58,732 bases of DNA. It comes from Candidatus Cryosericum sp. GTDB lineage: Bacteria; Caldisericota; Caldisericia; Cryosericales; Cryosericaceae. Positions 47,738-57,870 of the stretch are shown piece after piece (position 1 is the stretch's first letter; each line of letters opens with the position of its first letter). The position numbers were made by a program, and so were the translations under genes. The stretch covers positions 1 through 58,732 of the forward strand of contig DAOOUZ010000001.1 of NCBI GenBank assembly GCA_035369785.1, given 5' to 3'. The notes beneath the pieces were generated by a model. It worked only from the letters and a program-made list of their open reading frames with translations, was not told where the DNA came from and made no database searches.

Positions 47738-50325
47738 GACAGGTCCTTCAGGTTGGGCCCGCTGGCCAGATTTGCTACAAGCGGGATGTTGAGTGGGATA
47801 GCGTTTTCCATGGCCCGCTTCATGAGTCCCCGCACACTGTCGAGTTCGTCGGCTGGAGCATCTACGACGATTTCATCGTGCACCTGGAGAACCATTCTTG
47901 CGTGGAGTGGGGCAAGGTCCTGGTTCAGGCGAATCATGGCCATCTTGATTGCATCAGCCGAGCTTCCCTGGACAACCGCATTGAATCCTTGCCGGACAGC
48001 TTCCTGACGTTCCTGGCTGTTGTGGCTTGTGATGTGGGGAACGCGGCGCAGATGTCCCAGGATGGTGCGCACGTACCCATCGCGTTCTGCTGCCGCGACG
48101 ATTCGGTCGTGATATTCCCTGATTCCAGGGAAGCGCTCCATGTAGCGTGCAATGTACTTGCGCGCCTCTTCCGCTGAGACTCCCAGCTGTCGCGAGAGAC
48201 CGAATGGAGAGATTCCGTAGATAATGCCGAAATTGATAGTCTTCGCCCGTTTGCGCATCTCGGGGGTGACCGCCGACTCAGGAACATCGAAAACCTGGGC
48301 CGCAGTGTGCAGGTGAATGTCCTCACCGTCAAGGAATGCCTGACAGAGGTTCCGGTCACCAGACAGGTGGGCCAGCATACGCAAATCAATCTGAGAGTAG
48401 TCTGCCGATATGAGGACCCATCCCTCGTGAGACGGGACGAATGCACGTCTAATCTCCCGGCCTATTTCAGTCTTTGCCGGGATGTTTTGCAGGTTCGGGT
48501 CTACGCAGCTGATACGGCCTGTGGATGTTCCCGTCTGCAGGAACGTAGGGTGAATCCTGCCGTCCGGGCCCACATACCGTACGAGCGAATCTGTGTACGT
48601 GCCCTTGATCTTGGAGAGCTGACGAAGCTCGAGAATGAGCGGTATCACCGGGTGCTCGCCACGGATTGCCTCAAGCGACTCCACATCGGTACTCAGGCCC
48701 GTCTTTGTCTTCTTCCTTGGAGCAAGCCCCAGAACATCAAACAGGAGCGTTGCCAGCTGTTTGGGAGACTGCAGACTGTACTCCCGGGTACCAACCAGTT
48801 CATACGCCCTTTGTTCCAAGTCTGCGATGCGACGGCCAAGGTCACTTCCGAAGCTGCGCAGATATGATGTGTCGGTCCGTATGCCTGCCATCTCCATGTC
48901 TGCAAGAACGCTGGAAAAGGGCATCTCCATGTCGTCCAGTGTCTTCATGAGGCCTGCTTCATTGAGCGCGCCCTCGATAGGATACGATGCGTGATATACC
49001 AGTTCCGCCAGACCCTCGGGCGTGGAGGCATCGCCGGGCAGGTGCCAGGCGTCCCTGATACGATCAGCTTTCCAGGCCTTCTGATCCGGGTCCAGCAAGT
49101 ACTGTCCTAGCATGAGGTCTCGAACAGGGGCCCGGACCCGGGTTCCCAGGGGTGCAAGTGCATGACAGATCGCTTTGTGATCATACACGTAGCGCATGGA
49201 CGCTTCAGGCGCGCCAATGCCTGTCAAAGGTGTATTGAACATGGTGTCGACATGATACTGCCGTGAGCCAGCCTTGCTCCGCTCTGCGATCGTACACCCG
49301 GAGGCGTCAGTGTCCGGTACTACTGCAAGGCCGACACGCTCATCCTCGAGGTACGCGGGAGCCTCTGTCTCCGAGGAAGGCGTATCCGACTCGAGAGCAT
49401 CGTCGAAGAGATTGTCCCTGCCTGCAAGGGAATGGCTTGCCTGTTGCTGTGCAAGCGAGGGGAGGCCGAACAGCTTTGCTGCGCGCCGGCTGAGAGCCGA
49501 AAGGGCCAGTTTGTGAAAGAGGTCGGCGCAGGCCTGTAGATCAGGTTCGGCGCGCTCAAGATCAGCAATGCTCACGGGCTCATCGAGATTCTTCCGAATA
49601 GTAACCAGCTCCACGTTGCGCAGGACAAGGTCGCGGTTTTCTGCGAGCACAGGTCTGTACCGCTCGGGGCCGCCGTCTTCGAGTAGAGCCTGAACCGAAC
49701 CGAACTCCTGGATCAGCCGGATGGCGGTCTTCTCGCCGATGCCGGGAACGCCAGGAATGTTGTCCGAATGATCCCCCATCAGCGCTTTTACGTGGGCAAG
49801 CTGCGGAGCGGAAAGTCCAAACTCTGTCCGGATGGTCTCCGGCGTGTATTCGCGAATCTGCTTCACCCCCTTGACGGTCATGCGGACCGATGTGTTCTCG
49901 TCCGCCAACTGAAGGAGGTCATTGTCTCCAGAGTAGATGATGCACGGCAGCGAAGTCTCACGCGCAACAGCACTGTACACGCCGATGAAGTCGTCCGCCT
50001 CGTAGCCGTCTTTTTCCCGGGTGGCGATTCCGAGGGATCGAATGAGGTCCTTGACCATCATCAGCTGTGTGACCAGCTCATCCGGCATCGTTTCCCGTGT
50101 ACCCTTGTATTCCTTGTACAGTTCGTGCCGGTAGGTGGGGGCTTTGCGGTCAAAGAACACGCCCATGTACTGCGGCTCAAGCTCCTCGATGATTGCAAGC
50201 AGCATCGTCACCGTGCCAACAATTGCCCCGGTTGGAATGCCGGTGGGCGTCATCAGGTGAGGCATGGCGAAGAACGCCCTGTAGAGAATAGAGCTGCCAT
50301 CGACCAATACAACGCACTTTGTCAT
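47734..50325 (-). CDS. polA: DNA polymerase I
   Basis: VDGSS..YRAFFA, EADD, GD.SDNIPG, PNLQNIP, ADYSQIDLR, AKTINFGIIYG, LQVHDE. Confidence 0.97.
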   Translation of the reverse strand: MTKCVVLVDGSSILYRAFFAMPHLMTPTGIPTGAIVGTVTMLLAIIEELEPQYMGVFFDRKAPTYRHELYKEYKGTRETMPDELVTQLMMVKDLIRSLGIATREKDGYEADDFIGVYSAVARETSLPCIIYSGDNDLLQLADENTSVRMTVKGVKQIREYTPETIRTEFGLSAPQLAHVKALMGDHSDNIPGVPGIGEKTAIRLIQEFGSVQALLEDGGPERYRPVLAENRDLVLRNVELVTIRKNLDEPVSIADLERAEPDLQACADLFHKLALSALSRRAAKLFGLPSLAQQQASHSLAGRDNLFDDALESDTPSSETEAPAYLEDERVGLAVVPDTDASGCTIAERSKAGSRQYHVDTMFNTPLTGIGAPEASMRYVYDHKAICHALAPLGTRVRAPVRDLMLGQYLLDPDQKAWKADRIRDAWHLPGDASTPEGLAELVYHASYPIEGALNEAGLMKTLDDMEMPFSSVLADMEMAGIRTDTSYLRSFGSDLGRRIADLEQRAYELVGTREYSLQSPKQLATLLFDVLGLAPRKKTKTGLSTDVESLEAIRGEHPVIPLILELRQLSKIKGTYTDSLVRYVGPDGRIHPTFLQTGTSTGRISCVDPNLQNIPAKTEIGREIRRAFVPSHEGWVLISADYSQIDLRMLAHLSGDRNLCQAFLDGEDIHLHTAAQVFDVPESAVTPEMRKRAKTINFGIIYGISPFGLSRQLGVSAEEARKYIARYMERFPGIREYHDRIVAAAERDGYVRTILGHLRRVPHITSHNSQERQEAVRQGFNAVVQGSSADAIKMAMIRLNQDLAPLHARMVLQVHDEIVVDAPADELDSVRGLMKRAMENAIPLNIPLVANLASGPNLKDLS

Positions 50326-50337
50326 GTGCTCAGTATA

Positions 50338-52473
50338 TCAGCGTCTGGAATCGGGCGCAACCTGGCATGCAGAACGAGTGAGTCGCAGAGTAACGCAACC
50401 AGCCTGATCCGACTGGAAGCTCTGCATAGTGTCAGCGGTGCGGACCAGAAGCGTTCGATCGACGGTGTCGTAGGAGAAACCAGGGGCACGCGCTGGTGCC
50501 GGGGTGCCAGGACCGACTGTTCCTGCAACACGGGACGTTTCAAGGCTCATGGTGCCATCGGACCCGTTGATGTGTATGGTCGTCGCACCTTTCGTCGCCA
50601 CGATGCTCTGCGCTCTCTTGACCTGCCGAACTGTTGCCCCAGCGTTGGTGTCGAGCCCTGGAAGCGAGGCGACCATACTGTCCGATGGGACATAGACCCG
50701 CGTGGGCGCGAGGACCTCGAACAGAATGTCCAACTGCGTCGGCATGTCAGTTGGGCAACCTGACAGAACAACGGCGTCTGGCCTGGTTACTCCAAGAGCA
50801 GCCACTGCCCGCGCTGCACGGTTCATGGAGCTCGCAGTACTGTCGATAAGGCACAGCCATGTGCCGATGTTCCTGTCGTGTACAAGAACGGCGCCACCCT
50901 GATCGACCACGGGAAACGTCACACAGGTTTCGGTGGCAGGAGTCCAGAGAGGCCAGGTACAAAGCATGAGCCCGGCACATGCCGCTGCAATACTGACTCC
51001 CCTGGCCTTGCGGCCAAGTCGGGGCCGGTTGTCGACGATCAGAATGACCATCGCAAAGAGTGCACCTGTCGACCACAGGACGAATGAAGGAGGAGCTGCC
51101 ACGTTGAAATGCGAGCCAGGCAGGCGGGAGCACAGCCGCAGAAACCAGATGATGACGTCCGACACGACATTGACGAGCGGAGCGACCAGCACCGCGAGGG
51201 GATGGACAACAAGCAGCGCCATGATCCAGGAAAGCATGAGCATCAGCAATATCGATACCGCCGGAATGGCAACCAGATTTGCCACCAGCGAAACGGGGGC
51301 GAACACATGGAACGTGGAGACAACGAGCGCTGCCGTTGCTATGGACGCTCCTGTCGTTGAGCACACCGATGACACGAGGCCAGGGACCACGTGAATCTTG
51401 GAATGTGCGAGCCTGGCCAGCGGCCGGCCGATAAACGCCAATCCTGCGACTGATGCCAATGACAGCTGCAGGCCAATGTCAAAAACAGAGAGCGGGTCCA
51501 GCAGCGCGAGTACGAGGGCTGCCCACGAAAGGGATTCTAGAGTTCCGTGATGAGATCCGGACACCTGTGCCAGAGTGAAGACGCAGAGCATGACGAAAGC
51601 TCGGTCCGCGCTAAGCGGGAAGTCTATGAACGCCAGATAGCTGAAGGTTGCCAGCAGCGGAAGCAGGAGTCGTCCTATGCGTCTCTCCCGCAGGAGCAGC
51701 CCGGCCAGTGCTGATGCGATCGCAAATATGAGTGAAAGGTGGAGCCCCGAAATTGAAAGCAGATGGCTGGTGCCGGTAGCTGAAAACAATTGCTTCTCGG
51801 ATACGCCGAATAGGCGCTGGTGTAGGAGAAGTTCTTCAGCAAACCCAAATGAGTAGTAGGAGAGAAGCGGACGTGCCTGGCGTTCGATCCTCTCTCGGAC
51901 TCGGGCGGCAACCACGCCCCACCGTGACTGCAGTGTGTGCGTTGGCAGTACCTGAACCTCGCTTGCCAGGAGCAGACTGGGGGCGGGCGGTCCGGGTTGT
52001 TCTTCTCCGGGGTTGAGAGGTGGTCGTGGTGCATCTATGCTGCCCGACACTCTCACGCGCTGGCCAAGGCTGGGCCCCGTCCTTCGGTCTGGCATCCGGA
52101 CGTCCACCGTGACAGGGTGGCGCAGTTCTTGCGTTTCCACAGCGTCGACGGAAAGGAAAAACGTGGTCGTTCCGGAAGTCGTTGTGTCAGAGGTGGAGCA
52201 AACGGTTCCGGTGGCAACTATAGAACCCACGGGTAGCTGTTTCCCGACAGACTGCCTCATGGCGGACGAGGTCAAACCAAATGATGGCCAGAACATTGCA
52301 AGAGCAACCAGAACACGCACCAGGCTGACAGCACGGTGCCGCGTTTGAAGGGCATACAAGAGCCCGACTATTCCTAGAACCAGAAAAACCGCCCATGCGC
52401 TCGTTCCCGTTGCGCTCCATGCCGCCGCAAGAACTGCCACGGAGACCAGCGTAACGAAGCGTAACCGAATCAC
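50338..52473 (-). CDS. comEC: ComEC/Rec2 DNA uptake channel
   Basis: P.NPGE, F..TG.SHLLSISGLH, S..RA..M, D.GLQLS, NL.AIP; C-terminal MBL-like domain degenerate. Confidence 0.88.
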   Translation of the reverse strand: MIRLRFVTLVSVAVLAAAWSATGTSAWAVFLVLGIVGLLYALQTRHRAVSLVRVLVALAMFWPSFGLTSSAMRQSVGKQLPVGSIVATGTVCSTSDTTTSGTTTFFLSVDAVETQELRHPVTVDVRMPDRRTGPSLGQRVRVSGSIDAPRPPLNPGEEQPGPPAPSLLLASEVQVLPTHTLQSRWGVVAARVRERIERQARPLLSYYSFGFAEELLLHQRLFGVSEKQLFSATGTSHLLSISGLHLSLIFAIASALAGLLLRERRIGRLLLPLLATFSYLAFIDFPLSADRAFVMLCVFTLAQVSGSHHGTLESLSWAALVLALLDPLSVFDIGLQLSLASVAGLAFIGRPLARLAHSKIHVVPGLVSSVCSTTGASIATAALVVSTFHVFAPVSLVANLVAIPAVSILLMLMLSWIMALLVVHPLAVLVAPLVNVVSDVIIWFLRLCSRLPGSHFNVAAPPSFVLWSTGALFAMVILIVDNRPRLGRKARGVSIAAACAGLMLCTWPLWTPATETCVTFPVVDQGGAVLVHDRNIGTWLCLIDSTASSMNRAARAVAALGVTRPDAVVLSGCPTDMPTQLDILFEVLAPTRVYVPSDSMVASLPGLDTNAGATVRQVKRAQSIVATKGATTIHINGSDGTMSLETSRVAGTVGPGTPAPARAPGFSYDTVDRTLLVRTADTMQSFQSDQAGCVTLRLTRSACQVAPDSRR

Positions 52474-52478
52474 GAAAG

Positions 52479-53078
52479 CTAGAGGGTAATCAGAGGCTTC
52501 AGCTGTTCAAATGTCTTGGCTCCAATACCCTTGACATTCTGGAGGTCCTCAAGGCGCTTGAACGGTCCATGCTGCGTGCGGTAGTCGATGATGGCCTGTG
52601 CCTTCGAAGGTCCAATTCCCGGTAGCCTATCGAGATCGGCAAGCGTTCCCCTGTTGATGCTGACCCGCGTTGAAGTTGTTCCTGTGGATTGCCCCACTCC
52701 CAGCGAAGTACTCGTGCCGTCTGCCGAAAGCGAAGGGACGGTAACCTGTTCACCGTCCTCGAGGCGTGCAGCAAGGTTGACAGCGATCAGGTCTGCGCTG
52801 TTGGTAGTGCCCCCGGCTGCTTCCACCGCGTCCCGGACTATCGAGCCTTCTGGAAGCTGATAGACGGCAGGATGCACCACCTCGCCTGCGACATAGACGT
52901 TGATAGTAGAAGGCGAAGGTTCCTGGTCGTCGATGATGACGGGTTCGCCAGCGTCGGAAGAAATACTCCCTGACGGCGAACGCGGCAGACGGGATCCCAC
53001 AAACACACCGATACCGCATCCCAGCACAAGGAAGACAACGAGCAGAACAACGGTCTGACGCCGCGACAGTTTTTCCAT
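52479..53078 (-). CDS. comEA: ComEA DNA-binding protein
   Basis: N-terminal TM, SLBB (VYVAGEV..P.VY.L), HhH (LPGIGPSKA..IIDYR..G.F...DL..V.GIG). Confidence 0.95.
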   Translation of the reverse strand: MEKLSRRQTVVLLVVFLVLGCGIGVFVGSRLPRSPSGSISSDAGEPVIIDDQEPSPSTINVYVAGEVVHPAVYQLPEGSIVRDAVEAAGGTTNSADLIAVNLAARLEDGEQVTVPSLSADGTSTSLGVGQSTGTTSTRVSINRGTLADLDRLPGIGPSKAQAIIDYRTQHGPFKRLEDLQNVKGIGAKTFEQLKPLITL

Positions 53079-53151
53079 GTCTGGACGCTTGCCGGCTGGG
53101 CAAGCACTGCCCTCCCTCCTATCCCAAGTATGCCTGCAGTGCGGTTTTTCT

Positions 53152-53703
53152 CTAGCGGGGTCCTCTCAAGACGGCAGCAAGGTCGTAAAGTTCAAAGAAA
53201 TCTGTTACCATTGCCTCCGTGCCCTGAGGCACGGGTGTTTCGACGATCTTGACGGGGATGCCCGACGGCACCATGGCAAAAACCCTCGATATATCTGCGT
53301 TCTGATGACGGACGCAACCATGGGAAACATCTTTTCCAACGCTAAAGGGATCATTGGTTCCGTGGAGTCCATACGAGGGAAGAGAGATCCCAATCCACCG
53401 AATACCGAGTCCATTGTTCTGGTCACGCAGGTATGGTGGGTAGACTTTTCCTTCCCAGTGCCAGTATGGGTCAGCCTGCTTTGCTGTCACCTTGTACGTA
53501 CCGATCGGCGTGCTGTTCTCACCCGTGGTCCCTGTGGCATCGGGGAATGCTGTGGTGTCACCTGTTCCTCTAAGCAGGGTGACGTGGAAAGACTTGTCGA
53601 CAACGATCTCAGAAACAGAGGCTGCGGTTGCTGGCGTCGTATACCAGGCTCCGAACCACGCCACTATGAGCATGGTGACGATGAATCCACGAAAGTTTCT
53701 CAT
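53152..53703 (-). CDS. L,D-transpeptidase (YkuD family)
   Basis: Signal peptide, TP.G.Y, N.LG.RW, YGLHGTN, SHGCVR. Confidence 0.92.
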   Translation of the reverse strand: MRNFRGFIVTMLIVAWFGAWYTTPATAASVSEIVVDKSFHVTLLRGTGDTTAFPDATGTTGENSTPIGTYKVTAKQADPYWHWEGKVYPPYLRDQNNGLGIRWIGISLPSYGLHGTNDPFSVGKDVSHGCVRHQNADISRVFAMVPSGIPVKIVETPVPQGTEAMVTDFFELYDLAAVLRGPR

Positions 53704-53822
53704 GATACGACCATTATAGGCTGCTTGTCCAGCATGGCAACAGGCTCCTGGCGGTACAGCGCGACCCATGAGGCAGGACGACCACCGTCCGGCCCCTGCC
53801 ACAGCGTCTGGCTGCCTTGGTG

Positions 53823-53908
53823 TGGTGCGGGGAGAGGGAGTTGAACCCTCACGACCTTGCGATCACTAGGACCTGAACCTAGCGCGTCTGCCATTTCGCC
53901 ACCCCCGC
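53823..53908 (-). tRNA. tRNA-Leu(CAG)
   Basis: GCGGGGGTGGCGAAATGGCAGACGCG CTAGG-TT CAG GT-CCTAG, long variable arm, GGTTCAACTCCC, ACCA end; 86 nt. Confidence 0.98.
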
Positions 53909-53923
53909 CTGAAGGGTTTGAGA

Positions 53924-55612
53924 CTAGCGCTCCAGAATGACCGGAATGATAATCGGGCGCCGTCGTGTCTTGTCGTATATATATTTAGCGAGGAACTTGT
54001 GCAAGTCAAGCTGAAGATCCGGTGTTGTACCAGCATCGCGGCCGCGGTGAGCCTGCAGATACGTCTTGGTCTCTCGGGTCAGGTCGCCAAGGATGGCATC
54101 ATCATCCGCGACCACTCCCTTGCTGACGATCTCTGGTCCGGCGAGTATCTTGCCAGTCATCTTGTCGAGGCTGACAACTGAAACGAGGATGCCGTCCTTG
54201 GAGAGTCGGGCCCGGTCGGTGAGAATCGGACTGTCCGGAAGCCCAAGGGCCAGACCATCAATAAGCAAGCCCTCTGCCGGCAGCCTCTTGAGAGGCATAA
54301 GACGTTCCCTGTCGACGGTGAAGCTCTGTCCATTCTCGAGGACAAACACATGCGACCCCGGGATGCCTACGCTTTCGGCCAGCCGCTTGTTCCACAAGAG
54401 GTGCCGGTACTCCCCGTGCACCGGAACGAAGAAGGTCGGCCGTGTCAACGAAAGCATGAGCTTGAGGTCCCCTTGCGCTCCGTGTCCTGAGACGTGCACC
54501 TTGTCTTCGCTCCTGTAGAAGACATTAGCTCCCAGCCGGAACAGATTGTCGACTGTGCGTGCGACCATTTCTTCATTGCCCGGGATTGGGTCAGCAGACA
54601 GCACGACAGTATCTCCTTTGGTTACCTTGACAAAGTCGTGTTGACCGCGCGCGAGGCGTGACAGACCGCTCATCGGCTCGCCTTGGGTACCAGTCGTGAC
54701 GATCAGGATCTTGTCCTTTGGAATACTCCGCATTTCTTCCTGCTGGACAAGCAGGTTCTCGGGCACGTCCATGATCTTGACCTTGCGGGCTACCTTGACG
54801 GAACTGATGATGCTGCGTCCATCGACAAAGACCCTGCGATTCTGGGGTGCCACTGCGTCGATGATCTGCTGGATGCGGTGAATGTTGCTCGAGAACGTAC
54901 TGAAAATGATGCGCCCCTTCGAATCGCGGACAATGTTGTCAAAGGTCGACCGCAGGTCACGCTCTGAACCGGCAAAGCCGGATTCCTCGGCGTTCGTCGA
55001 GTCAGACAGCAGGAGGAGGATGCCCTCCTTGCCAAGCGAACTGAAGCGCTGGAGATCAATGGGTTTGTCATCGACCGGAGTCTGGTCTATCTTGTAATCA
55101 CCAGTATGGAGGATGACCCCCTCGGTGGTGTGAATGGCAATGGCCATGCTCTCGGGAACAGAGTGTGTCACACGAACAAACTCGACGTCCATGTTTCCGA
55201 TTCTGACACGGTCTCCGGCATCGACGATGTGCGTCTCATAGGGCTTCAGCCTTCCAGGGACAACGTCGTCGATCAGACCCAGGGCAAACTTGCTGGCGTA
55301 GATGGGAACCTGGACATGTTCAAGGACGTACCCAAGGGCGCCAATGTGGTCCATGTGAGAGTGAGTGATAACAATACCCCGGACCTTGTCCTTGATCTGG
55401 TCGAGGTAATCCATGTTGGGAATGACGTAATCAATTCCCTGCATGTCATATTCGGGGAACTTGAAACCGGCGTCTATAATGATTGCGTCATCGTTTACCT
55501 CATAGACGGTCATGTTCTTGCCGATTTCGCCAAGCCCCCCGAGGGGGGTGATACGGATGTAATCGCGCGGTCTGTTGCCGCGCTCAGTGTGTTGCGATTG
55601 TGTCTTGTTCAT
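53924..55612 (-). CDS. rnj: Ribonuclease J
   Basis: PLGGLGEIGKNM, THSHMDHIG, HTGDYK.D, SDSTN, GTQGEP, HVSGH, PVHGEYRH. Confidence 0.96.
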   Translation of the reverse strand: MNKTQSQHTERGNRPRDYIRITPLGGLGEIGKNMTVYEVNDDAIIIDAGFKFPEYDMQGIDYVIPNMDYLDQIKDKVRGIVITHSHMDHIGALGYVLEHVQVPIYASKFALGLIDDVVPGRLKPYETHIVDAGDRVRIGNMDVEFVRVTHSVPESMAIAIHTTEGVILHTGDYKIDQTPVDDKPIDLQRFSSLGKEGILLLLSDSTNAEESGFAGSERDLRSTFDNIVRDSKGRIIFSTFSSNIHRIQQIIDAVAPQNRRVFVDGRSIISSVKVARKVKIMDVPENLLVQQEEMRSIPKDKILIVTTGTQGEPMSGLSRLARGQHDFVKVTKGDTVVLSADPIPGNEEMVARTVDNLFRLGANVFYRSEDKVHVSGHGAQGDLKLMLSLTRPTFFVPVHGEYRHLLWNKRLAESVGIPGSHVFVLENGQSFTVDRERLMPLKRLPAEGLLIDGLALGLPDSPILTDRARLSKDGILVSVVSLDKMTGKILAGPEIVSKGVVADDDAILGDLTRETKTYLQAHRGRDAGTTPDLQLDLHKFLAKYIYDKTRRRPIIIPVILER

Positions 55613-55670
55613 GCAAGCAGTGTACGCGTTTTGTTTGAATTGAAAAGCAATGCAGTGTGGAGAAGTTCGT

Positions 55671-56504
55671 TCATGCGTCAGGATCTGGTTCGTTCTGGTC
55701 AGGCAGTGCCGCGTCCGATTGTCCCGGACCCGGTGGCGAGTTCTGATAGTGCCGCTTGAGCAGGGGTGTGGCGACTGCACCCGCTACAATGATGATGACA
55801 TCTGTCCACTGATTTGGAGTTAATCCAAGCACATGAACGGGAACCGAGCGGAAAAACTCCACGATGAAGCTGGTCGCCCCGTAGAGGTAGAGGTACCAGA
55901 CGAAGACCTGTCCGTTGTACCGCTTGTGCCGGCGAACGACAAAGGCCAGGATCACGAACACCAGGAATCCTGACGCCGAGTTGAACAGCTGTGCGGGCCA
56001 TACCTTCTGGCCAAGAAGGTCACACTCTGACAAGGGGTCAGTGAACGTAACGCCAAGGAAGGATGTGGTCACGGTTCCATTGCAGCAGCCATTGAGCCAG
56101 CAGCCGATCTTGCCGATGCCAAAGGACAGTGCAAGCAGAGGCGCCGCAATGTCTGCCATTTGCCAAAAGTCCATGTGCCTGCGGCGCACGACCCAATGCG
56201 CCGCAATGACACCACCAATGATTGCACCAAAGTACGACAGCCCACCGTTCCAGATAGCAATGACCTGCAGCGGGTGGACAAGGTACCAGGCGACATCGGG
56301 CGACGTTAGGACCCAGCCGATACGCGCTCCTGCGATCCCCCCGAGAATCGCCGCAATGGCCATATCAAGGACGTTGTCCGTGTTGATGCCCTGACGGCGG
56401 GATTCAACGTATGCGGCCGAGATGCTGATGGCGATCGCCACGGCTATCGCTATGCCGTACCAGCGTATGGTGAGGCTACCGAGAGTGAAAGCTATGGGGT
56501 GCAT
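55671..56504 (-). CDS. lgt: Prolipoprotein diacylglyceryl transferase family protein (non-canonical motifs)
   Basis: MHPI...I.WYG, GAR, IWNGGLS, G.IGCWLNGCC.G, P.QL, EFFR. Confidence 0.85.
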   Translation of the reverse strand: MHPIAFTLGSLTIRWYGIAIAVAIAISISAAYVESRRQGINTDNVLDMAIAAILGGIAGARIGWVLTSPDVAWYLVHPLQVIAIWNGGLSYFGAIIGGVIAAHWVVRRRHMDFWQMADIAAPLLALSFGIGKIGCWLNGCCNGTVTTSFLGVTFTDPLSECDLLGQKVWPAQLFNSASGFLVFVILAFVVRRHKRYNGQVFVWYLYLYGATSFIVEFFRSVPVHVLGLTPNQWTDVIIIVAGAVATPLLKRHYQNSPPGPGQSDAALPDQNEPDPDA

Positions 56505-56648
56505 GTACGTCTCCTCAGGCATGTCAGGTGTGCTGTGTGTGATGATTATACTGCGAAAAGCGACGTCAACTATTCGGGAGCGGCGATGCAGCACCGTGGC
56601 CGCCCTGGAGCGTTGCGCTGACCGCCGCGCCGTGATATAACGTGAACC

Positions 56649-57860
56649 GTGGAAGATACACAGCGCATATTGCAGGCGTTTGAGCCTGAGAGTCTCGACG
56701 AGTTCGTGGGGCAGAACGTGGTGGCGGGGCGAGATGCCCCCATCCGCAAGTTTGTCCGGGACAGGGTGCCGTTCAGCGCAATCATTTGGGGACCGCCGGG
56801 CTGTGGGAAAACCACCTTCGCCCGCCTTGTTTCTGCTGAGTTGGCTCAGCCAATGGAGTACGTCACCGCTGTATCTGCGGGAGTCCCTGAGTTGCGTCAA
56901 ATCGTGGCGCGGTACGGTGTCAGGCCTTTTGTTCTAGTGGTCGACGAGGTCCATCGCTTCAACCGTGTTCAGCAGGACTTCCTTCTCCCGATTCTGGAGA
57001 ACCGTCTCATGACGTTCATAGGCCTCACGACGGAGAGCCCATATGCAGTTCTCTCGCCTGCCCTGCGTTCACGTATATTCATGCTTCGTTTCTCGCAGCT
57101 AACCAGCACTCAGGTGGCTGAGATTCTCGTGCAGGGATGCCGGAAGGCAGGCCTCCAGCTCGACGGAAATGTACTCAACCGTATCGCGGCATTCAGCTCA
57201 GGTGATGCACGCGTCGCTATCAATGCTCTGGTCTGGTTATACCAGTCTGGCAAGCTCGTCGATGGCGCGGACCTCGGTGAACTGCTCAAGGAAGTCCCGG
57301 TTGCCAAGAACTTTGAGCAAGAGCACTATGACCTGGCATCGGCCTTTATCAAGTCCATGCGTGGCTCCGACCCCGATGCGGCCGTCTACTACATGGCGCG
57401 GATGATTGAGGCCGGCGACGACCCTCTGTTCGTTGCGCGGCGCATGATTATCCTGGCCGCCGAGGACATCGGACTGGCCAATCCATTTGCTGTTGTCATG
57501 GCCACCGCCGCGTATGATGCAGTTCGCGACGTGGGACTTCCAGAAGCGATGTTGAACCTTACAGAGGCTGCCATTTATCTATCTGGCAGCCAGAAGAACA
57601 ATTCTGTTCTAGGTGCGATGAGGCGGGCGAGGGACCTTGCTCAGCAGACCAAGAATGTGGATACGCCGCTTCAGTTGAAGAACACAAGAGCAGGACAGGC
57701 GTTGTACAAGTATCCGCACAGCTTCCCCGGCGGGTGGGTCGACCAGGAGTACTTCCCAGAGGAAGTCCGCGACCGAGCCATCTACCTGCCCACGGGAGTG
57801 GGGTACGAACGCGTTATCGTAGGATATCTGAAGTCGCTCCGAGGCAAGAAACCTGAATAG
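56649..57860 (+). CDS. rarA: Replication-associated recombination protein A (AAA+)
   Basis: WGPPGCGKTT, VDEVHRFN..QQD, SAFIKSMRGSDPDAA, EDIGLA.P, Y.YPH. Confidence 0.95.
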   Translation: MEDTQRILQAFEPESLDEFVGQNVVAGRDAPIRKFVRDRVPFSAIIWGPPGCGKTTFARLVSAELAQPMEYVTAVSAGVPELRQIVARYGVRPFVLVVDEVHRFNRVQQDFLLPILENRLMTFIGLTTESPYAVLSPALRSRIFMLRFSQLTSTQVAEILVQGCRKAGLQLDGNVLNRIAAFSSGDARVAINALVWLYQSGKLVDGADLGELLKEVPVAKNFEQEHYDLASAFIKSMRGSDPDAAVYYMARMIEAGDDPLFVARRMIILAAEDIGLANPFAVVMATAAYDAVRDVGLPEAMLNLTEAAIYLSGSQKNNSVLGAMRRARDLAQQTKNVDTPLQLKNTRAGQALYKYPHSFPGGWVDQEYFPEEVRDRAIYLPTGVGYERVIVGYLKSLRGKKPE

Positions 57861-57870
57861 GGAGAACTAC

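Noticed and set aside
21110-56900. Long N-terminal extensions in the ORF track (starts 21110, 22716, 34702, 36870, 41130, 44872, 55780, 56900)
   Set aside because: Family motifs and RBS positions support later starts, and most extensions overlap neighbouring genes or promoters.
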